A stretch of DNA of 64,000 bases from Gammaproteobacteria bacterium. GTDB taxonomy: Bacteria; Pseudomonadota; Gammaproteobacteria; Steroidobacterales; Foliamicaceae. The stretch is taken from positions 83,038-147,037 of the forward strand of contig WTGP01000012.1 in the NCBI GenBank assembly GCA_011523505.1. The letters are read 5' to 3'. This document shows, piece after piece, positions 58,253-64,000 of this stretch; position 1 is the stretch's first letter; the number at the start of each line of letters is the position of its first letter. The position numbers and the translations under genes were made by a program. A model generated the notes under the pieces. It did not search any database. It was not told the DNA's origin and saw only the letters and a list, made by a program, of their open reading frames with translations.

Positions 58253-59794
58253 TCAGGCCGGACGGCCGTTCCGGAGTTCGCCCTTCAGCACCTTGCCGTA
58301 AGCGTTGCGCGGTAGTGCGGGGAGCGCATCGACGATTCTGGGAATCTTGAAGCGGGCCAGCCGGCCCTCGCAGAAAGCCGCGAGTTCCTCCGCGCTCAGC
58401 TTTGCGCCGGCGCGCAGCACCACGAAGGCCTTGAGGCTTTCGCCCCAGCGCTCGTCTGGCACGCCCACGACGGCGGCGTCGAGGATGTCCGGATGGCGCA
58501 GCAGTTCCTCCTCGACTTCGCGCGGGAAGATGTTGACGCCGCCGCTGATCACCATGTCCTTCTTGCGGTCAACGATGTAGATATAACCCTCTTCGTCGCG
58601 CCGGGCCATATCGCCCACCGACACCCAGCCGTCGCGAAAGGCTTCGGCGGTCTCGCGGGGCTTTCGCCAGTAGCCGTTGAACAGGAACGGGCTGTTCGAG
58701 AACAGTTCGCCGACTTCTCCGGGACCGGCCTCGCCGCCGTCGTCCAGCAGCCTGACCTCGGTGGACGTGAACGGCTGCCCCACGCAGCGCTCCTTGCGAA
58801 GCTGGTCGGCGGGGCGCAGGTTGCAGACGATGCCGGCCTCGGTGGACCCGTAGGTCTCGTGGAGTATGCCGTTGCCGAAGTGGTCCACGATCCGCTCCTT
58901 GGTGGCCTGCGGCAGCGCCGCGGCGTTGGAGATGATGGACTTGAGCGCCGGCGCGGAGTGTTTCGACAGCACCGCTTTCTCCAGCGCGAAGATGGCGTGA
59001 AAGTGGGTCGGCACCATGAATGCGCCGGTCGCCGCGCCCTGGTCGAGCCGTCGCAGCACTTCGCCGGGGTCGAAGCGCGACAGCAGATCGAGCTGTCCGC
59101 CAAGGTAGATCGAGGCAATGCTGAACGCCAGGCCGCCGCCGTGGCACAGCGGCGTGAACCCCAGGAACCGGTCGTCGGGCGAATAGCAGCCGTACTCGGA
59201 CGCCATTCCGTGGAACTGCAGGATGCGCGACCGATGCGAAACCAGCACGCCCTTGGGTTTGCCGGTGGTGCCCGAGGTGTAGGGAATCGTGAAGGTCTCC
59301 CACTCGTGCACCGGCGCCAGCTCGGCCCGCGGCCGGGCGGCGGCCAGCCGGCGCTCGAGGTCGTCGCCGATCACGAACACCTGCTCGACGGACGCGAACT
59401 CCGTGTCCCGCGCCAGCTCGGCGCGTTCGGCATCGACGAACAGCACGCGCGCTTCGGCGTCGTCGCAGATGCCGGCCACTTCCCGCGGACTCAGCCCGGG
59501 ATTGACGGTGGCCAGCGGAATCCCGGCCTGGGCCGCGCCCGCCACGATCTCCAGGTACTCGATGCAGTTCCCGGCCAGGATCGCGCCGTGGGTCCCCGGC
59601 TCGAGCTTCAGCCCGTCCAGCATCCAGGCGCTGACCCTGTCGAAGCGCGACACCAGGTCGCGGTAGCTCCGCTCCTTCTCGCCATGGCGCACGGCGATCT
59701 TTCCGGGATTGCGGCCCATGGCGGCCCGGATGCCGCCGGCCACGGACAGCGGCCGGTACGACGCGGGAAGCCCCGGGGCGCCGTTCGCGCCCAT
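58253..59794 (-). CDS. AMP-dependent synthetase/ligase (acyl-CoA synthetase family)
   Basis: ATG at 59794 shares 1 nt with the upstream TGA. The AMP-binding motif is IPYTSGTTGKPKGV. The first 202 codons of the track ORF overlap the amidohydrolase gene and are spurious. Confidence 0.8.
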   Translation of the reverse strand: MGANGAPGLPASYRPLSVAGGIRAAMGRNPGKIAVRHGEKERSYRDLVSRFDRVSAWMLDGLKLEPGTHGAILAGNCIEYLEIVAGAAQAGIPLATVNPGLSPREVAGICDDAEARVLFVDAERAELARDTEFASVEQVFVIGDDLERRLAAARPRAELAPVHEWETFTIPYTSGTTGKPKGVLVSHRSRILQFHGMASEYGCYSPDDRFLGFTPLCHGGGLAFSIASIYLGGQLDLLSRFDPGEVLRRLDQGAATGAFMVPTHFHAIFALEKAVLSKHSAPALKSIISNAAALPQATKERIVDHFGNGILHETYGSTEAGIVCNLRPADQLRKERCVGQPFTSTEVRLLDDGGEAGPGEVGELFSNSPFLFNGYWRKPRETAEAFRDGWVSVGDMARRDEEGYIYIVDRKKDMVISGGVNIFPREVEEELLRHPDILDAAVVGVPDERWGESLKAFVVLRAGAKLSAEELAAFCEGRLARFKIPRIVDALPALPRNAYGKVLKGELRNGRPA

Positions 59795-60654
59795 CACTGC
59801 GAGGGGAGCCGGAAGACGCGGAGCGCGTTGTCGCGCAGCAGGCGCCGGCGGGATTCCGGCCTGAGTTCCAGTTCGTTGACCTCGGCAACCGCGCGCTCGG
59901 GGTCGATGACCGGCCAGTCGGTGCCGAACATCACCTTGTCGCGCCCGTACGAGTTCAGGTAGTGGACGAAGGGCGCCGGCCAGTAGCGCGGCGCGTAGGC
60001 GTCGCCGGCGGTATAGACGTTCTCGTGCTTCCAGCACATCGCGATCATCTCCTCGGTCCAGGGCACGCCGATGTGAATGCCGATCAGCTTCAGTTCGGGA
60101 AAATCGACCGCCACCGGGTCCAGCGCGATCGGCCGCCCCACCGAAGGCAGGCGCGTCGAGCGGCTGTAAACGAGGTTCTGGCCGACCTGCATCATGATCG
60201 GGATATCGAGCTCGCAGCACTTGGCGTAATAGGGATACATGCGGGCCGCGTCGGGCGGCATCGCGAACCAGTGCGGGTACCAGTGGGCGCCGACGAAGCC
60301 CAGTTCCTCCACCGCGTACTCCAGCTCCTTCAGCCCCGCCATTCCGCGCGTGGGGTCGATCCCCGCCAGGCCCGAGAAGCGCTCCGGATGCTCCGCGCAA
60401 ACTTCGCTGACGTAGTCATAAGGCACCTCGAAAGAGTCCTTGAGGCCCATTTGCCCCGCGCGCACGGCAACGAGCAGCGAACGCTCGATCCCGGCGCGGT
60501 CCATCCGGGCGAGGTAGTCGTCGATCCCGACGCCGCCGCGCATGTGCTCGGGCATGCGGATCTGGTCCCTGAACGCGTCGTCCAGGCCGGTGCGGCCCTC
60601 GGCCACCGTTTGCGGCGTATAGAGATTGCAGACGATGTCGATGATGCCGGACAT
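59794..60654 (-). CDS. amidohydrolase-2 (ACMSD-like TIM-barrel metal hydrolase/decarboxylase) family protein
   Basis: 286-aa ORF. GIIDIVCNLYT, GAHWYPHW and VMFGTDWPV are family-like. Confidence 0.7.
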   Translation of the reverse strand: MSGIIDIVCNLYTPQTVAEGRTGLDDAFRDQIRMPEHMRGGVGIDDYLARMDRAGIERSLLVAVRAGQMGLKDSFEVPYDYVSEVCAEHPERFSGLAGIDPTRGMAGLKELEYAVEELGFVGAHWYPHWFAMPPDAARMYPYYAKCCELDIPIMMQVGQNLVYSRSTRLPSVGRPIALDPVAVDFPELKLIGIHIGVPWTEEMIAMCWKHENVYTAGDAYAPRYWPAPFVHYLNSYGRDKVMFGTDWPVIDPERAVAEVNELELRPESRRRLLRDNALRVFRLPSQ

Positions 60655-60671
60655 GCGGCGTTATGCGGCGG

Positions 60672-62099
60672 TCAGCCCCCGCCGTTCTCCCAACTGAGAA
60701 TGTCCCGGCCGAGCAGGCGCCCGAAGGTGATCGCGGGCGTCAGCGACATGCCGCCCACGAAGGCGTTGCCGCTGAGCTTGCTGAATCCCAGGGCCTCGCC
60801 CGCGGCATAGAGGTTCGGGATCGCCGAGCCGTCTTCGCGCAGGACCCGCAAGTCCGCGTCCACGTCGATGCCCGCCGGGCTGATCACGGTAAAGCCGACC
60901 GCCTTGATCGCGTAGAACGGCGGCGTGCCGATCGGGCGGATCATGTGCTCGCGGCCGAACTCGGGGTCGTGGCGGTCCTCCACCGCCCGGTTGAATTGCG
61001 CTGTAGTGCGCTCGAGCGTTTCGGGCTCCACTCCGATCTGCGCGGCCAGATCGGCAAGGCTGTCCGCCTTGAGAAAATGCGCGTGCTTGCCGAACCGCGC
61101 CGCCATCTCCTCGCGGGTCTCCAGCGTGATTACCGGCGCGTTCTGCCGCATGGGTTCGTCGAAGATCACGTAGAGCTTGAAATCCGGCAAGGCCAGCACC
61201 GCCCGTTCGATGTGGTCGATGCTGGGATGGTCCTCGCGCACGAACCGTTTGCCCTCGCCGTTCACGTAGAACTCCCAGGGCCTGCGAATGGCCGGGTTCA
61301 GGCGCAGATGGGCGCCCGACAGCGGGTCGTCGGCGTCTTCGCGGAAGCCGGCCACGGTCGTGAGGAACGAGTCGCCGCCCGACACCGTGGCGCCCAGTTC
61401 CTGCGCCGCGCGGATGCCGTCGCCGCGCGAGTACGGATTGCAGTACGAGGTTAGCGTGTACTGCGGCGTGATTTCGGCCCACATCTCGAGGTTGGCCGCA
61501 TAGCCACCCGATGCAAGGACGACGTTCCGTCCGTAATGGCGCTCCGTGGCTCCGGACGCCGTTTCCACTTCCACGCCGGTCACGGCGCCCGAATCGTCCT
61601 GAAGCAGCCGGGTGAACCGCGTTTCAAGCCTCAGATCGATGAGCCCGTCCGCGGCCAGCCGCTCGAACGGGGGCGTCATGGCCTCCAGGACGCTGACGCC
61701 CAGCTTCTCGCCCCAGCAGTAGCGGCGCGTGCGGTAGGGCTCATGGGCGCTGCCGGCCACCGGGTGCCCGGGCAGCGGCTCGAAGCCCAGGCCCGTGAGC
61801 CAGTCCAGCGTGTCGCTCGCGTTGTCGATCGCCATGCGCCCCAGGGCCGGGTCCATCGTGCCGTTGCAGATGCGCATCGCGTCCTCGTAGTGTTCTTCGG
61901 CGCTGTCATCGATTCCGGCGGCCTCCTGCAGCCGGGTGCCGGCCGCGCTCATCTGGCCGGACGACCAATACAGCGTCCCCCCGATCCGCTTGTCGGCCTC
62001 GATCTGCAGCACCCTGGCGCCTCGCTCGGCCGCGAAAATGCCCGCCGGCATTCCGGTCGAACCCGCGCCGATGATGATCACGTCGTAGTTGTCGCTCAT
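60672..62099 (-). CDS. FAD-dependent oxidoreductase (fumarate reductase/KstD-like flavoprotein)
   Basis: 475-aa ORF with YDVIIIGAGSTGMPAG and the C-terminal NLYAAGE motif. Confidence 0.75.
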   Translation of the reverse strand: MSDNYDVIIIGAGSTGMPAGIFAAERGARVLQIEADKRIGGTLYWSSGQMSAAGTRLQEAAGIDDSAEEHYEDAMRICNGTMDPALGRMAIDNASDTLDWLTGLGFEPLPGHPVAGSAHEPYRTRRYCWGEKLGVSVLEAMTPPFERLAADGLIDLRLETRFTRLLQDDSGAVTGVEVETASGATERHYGRNVVLASGGYAANLEMWAEITPQYTLTSYCNPYSRGDGIRAAQELGATVSGGDSFLTTVAGFREDADDPLSGAHLRLNPAIRRPWEFYVNGEGKRFVREDHPSIDHIERAVLALPDFKLYVIFDEPMRQNAPVITLETREEMAARFGKHAHFLKADSLADLAAQIGVEPETLERTTAQFNRAVEDRHDPEFGREHMIRPIGTPPFYAIKAVGFTVISPAGIDVDADLRVLREDGSAIPNLYAAGEALGFSKLSGNAFVGGMSLTPAITFGRLLGRDILSWENGGG

Positions 62100-62195
62100 G
62101 TTTGATTCCCGTTTTGCCGCTTCCCGCCCGGCGCCTGCGCCGGGCCGCGCCTATGTTTCCACAGAAATCGCGCAGTGGCTACTCCCGCCGTTGGC

Positions 62196-63515
62196 TCAGG
62201 CCTCGGCTGCCTTGACTGCGCGACCCGGAAGCACAAGATCGTGTTCGATGCTGCGGGAGGCGAGGTAGAACAAGGCGGCGGAGCCGAGGCTGCACGTCAC
62301 GGACACGATCAGCAGCGACACGCCCAACGAATCCGCGCCCAGCGTACCCGCCAGGAAATCGCTGGCCACGCCGACCGACTGCGGGCCGATGATGCCGGCG
62401 ATCAGGTTGATGATCAGGATCATGAGCGCCGAGGCGACCGCCCGGGTGCGGACTTCGGCGACGCCCTGGATGGTGGCGAACAGTACCGGCCCCTGCATCA
62501 CGCCCACGCAGGCCGGCACGATCAGCCAGAGCAGCGCGGCCGTGGGGTCCGGGACGAGGAGCACGAGGGCATAGAAGGGCGCCGCCAGGACCTGCACGCC
62601 GGCGCAGAGATAGATCGGCGGCTTCGCACCGTACTTCGCTAGCCGGCTGGCCAGCAGCCCGCCGAGCAGGGTGCCCGCGGCGTGGGGCAGGGCCTTGGTG
62701 AAGGCCAGCCAGGTGCCTACCGTGGCGATTTCCAGTCCGTGGGTGCGGGTGTAGAACGACGGCAGCCAGGCCAGCAGGGCGGTGCTGACCAGGCCGTACA
62801 TGCTGCCGCCCAAGACCATGTAGCGGAACGTGCCTTTCGACCACAGGCTGCGGAAAGCCGGGTACATCGGCGGCGCCTTCTCCGCGACCTCGAGGCCCTC
62901 GCTGTGGCCGCGCGGCGGATCGCGCAGCGTGAAATACACGACCAGCGCGATCAGCACGCCCGGCGCGCCGAAGGCCACCAGCGTTACACGCCAGCCGTAG
63001 GCGTCGGTGATCCAGCCGCCGACCAGGAAGGCCAGGAACACGCCCACGGACGAGCCCAGTCCGAGTACGGCCATGGCCATGGCGCGCTCTCGGGGAGAAA
63101 AGTAGTCGGATATCAGTGAATGCGAGGGTGGCGTGCAGCCCGCTTCGCCGATGCCAACAAGAACCCGGAATACCGCCAGCTGCACGAACGACCGGGCCAG
63201 CCCGCACAGGCAGGTCATCAGGCTCCAGAGCGCCAGCGCCGCGGCAATGATTTTCTTTCGCGAGCGGCGGTCCGCCAGGCTGGCGATCGGAACGCCCAGC
63301 AGCGCGTAGAAGACCGTGAAGGCGGCGCCGGTGATGAAGCCGATCTGGGTGTCGCTGAGCCCCAGGTCGGTCTTGATCTGCGGGAGCAGGATGCCGATCA
63401 CGTAGCGGTCGGCGTAGTTGAGCGTCATTACGACAAGCAACAACCCGAGCACGTAGCGCCGGTACAGGACCGTCGCGGCAAAAGGCCTGGTGGCCCTGGA
63501 TGCGGAATCCGTCAT
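62196..63515 (-). CDS. MFS transporter
   Basis: 439-aa ORF with about 12 hydrophobic segments and the MFS loop motif LADRRSRKK. Confidence 0.75.
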   Translation of the reverse strand: MTDSASRATRPFAATVLYRRYVLGLLLVVMTLNYADRYVIGILLPQIKTDLGLSDTQIGFITGAAFTVFYALLGVPIASLADRRSRKKIIAAALALWSLMTCLCGLARSFVQLAVFRVLVGIGEAGCTPPSHSLISDYFSPRERAMAMAVLGLGSSVGVFLAFLVGGWITDAYGWRVTLVAFGAPGVLIALVVYFTLRDPPRGHSEGLEVAEKAPPMYPAFRSLWSKGTFRYMVLGGSMYGLVSTALLAWLPSFYTRTHGLEIATVGTWLAFTKALPHAAGTLLGGLLASRLAKYGAKPPIYLCAGVQVLAAPFYALVLLVPDPTAALLWLIVPACVGVMQGPVLFATIQGVAEVRTRAVASALMILIINLIAGIIGPQSVGVASDFLAGTLGADSLGVSLLIVSVTCSLGSAALFYLASRSIEHDLVLPGRAVKAAEA

Positions 63516-63527
63516 GGAATCCGCCGG

Positions 63528-63992
63528 CTAGGCAGCGATCACTTCAATGAGTTCGCCGACCGCGCCGCGTAGCGTGAAGCCGTCCGGTTCCGGATTGCCG
63601 TGCATGGGCAGGGCGCCTTCGCCCACGGGCTCGATACCGTTGGAGTCGCACTGCGCGCGGCACTTGTCGAGGTCGTTGACGCGGATGGTGAGCATCGCCA
63701 GTCCGGTCCGGTCCAGCGAGGTCGGATACACGGTGCCGCTGTCCGCCTTGAATTCCCACACTTCGATGCTGACCCCCGAGCCGACGTTGCCCCAGAGGAA
63801 ATAGCTGTCGTCCGGCGCCCCTATCAGTTCGTTGGCGTTGCGCTGGAAACATTCGAGCTGCGAGCTGCGCCTGAGGCCCAGCGCCTGCTCGTAGAACGCG
63901 TCCACGGGTCGCTGGTCGAGACTGGTGATGGCGGCGTTGTGAAACCCGGAATGCAGTCCCGGCAGCATCCATTCCGGCCGGTCGCCGCGCAC
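63528..63992 (-). CDS. VOC (glyoxalase/bleomycin-resistance/dioxygenase) family protein; N-terminus near the window edge
   Basis: 154-aa ORF. HNAAITSLDQRPVDAFYEQALGL and LAMLTIRVNDLD are typical VOC strands. The true start could be M9 (63968) or lie beyond the window. Confidence 0.55.
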   Translation of the reverse strand: MRGDRPEWMLPGLHSGFHNAAITSLDQRPVDAFYEQALGLRRSSQLECFQRNANELIGAPDDSYFLWGNVGSGVSIEVWEFKADSGTVYPTSLDRTGLAMLTIRVNDLDKCRAQCDSNGIEPVGEGALPMHGNPEPDGFTLRGAVGELIEVIAA

Positions 63993-64000
63993 ATTTGCGG

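Noticed and set aside
58253-60400. 715-aa ORF as a single acyl-CoA synthetase
   Set aside because: The first 202 codons overlap the amidohydrolase gene out of frame. The ligase starts at the ATG at 59794.

Overview
The window has two parts with clearly different base composition.

**Accessory region (1 to ~27,970).** This part is AT-richer. My spot counts of G+C are 28/60 at 12001-12060, 25/60 at 13501-13560 and 35/60 at 24001-24060. It ends exactly at the 3' end of a tRNA-Lys gene, the last gene of a minus-strand tRNA cluster (Pro-Arg-His-Lys, 27975-28441). It reads as a mosaic defence or conflict island containing:
- a DUF433/DUF5615 toxin-antitoxin pair
- an Xre-DUF2384 antitoxin without its usual RES partner
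- a frameshifted EEP nuclease/phosphatase
- a LysM-TM-NERD protein coupled to a ChaC/GGCT-like protein
- a DUF2513-like gene paired with a 2-TM gene
- a PD-(D/E)xK/DUF4268-like gene divergent from an MmeI-type IIL restriction-modification enzyme
- a multiubiquitin / E1(ThiF) / DUF6527 ubiquitin-like cassette
- a DUF5131(Gp37/Gp68)-TcmP pair

**Best candidate for an undescribed system (7831-14922, minus strand).** This is a five-gene, translationally coupled operon. It encodes a SIS-SIS-HAD fusion, a PRTase-like protein, a 638-aa P-loop NTPase, a 364-aa unknown protein, and a PfkB kinase with a split CxxC...CxxC site. I cannot match this gene set to any named system from memory.

**Core region (28.5 kb onward).** This part is high-GC (43/60 at 50001-50060) with gammaproteobacterium-like synteny. 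It includes zapB-like/zapA/5-FTHF cyclo-ligase/rpiA, pepP-ubiH-visC-like, trpS, ggt, phhB, gltBD and a catabolic cluster. It is full of long spurious antisense ORFs. Non-coding highlights there are a 36-bp-arm inverted repeat between gltD and an HMG-CoA-lyase-like gene, and a GC-rich palindromic 12-mer present three times around the cyclo-ligase gene.

**Limits.** All family assignments are motif- and memory-based; no database search was possible. No CRISPR array, rRNA, integrase or transposase was seen.
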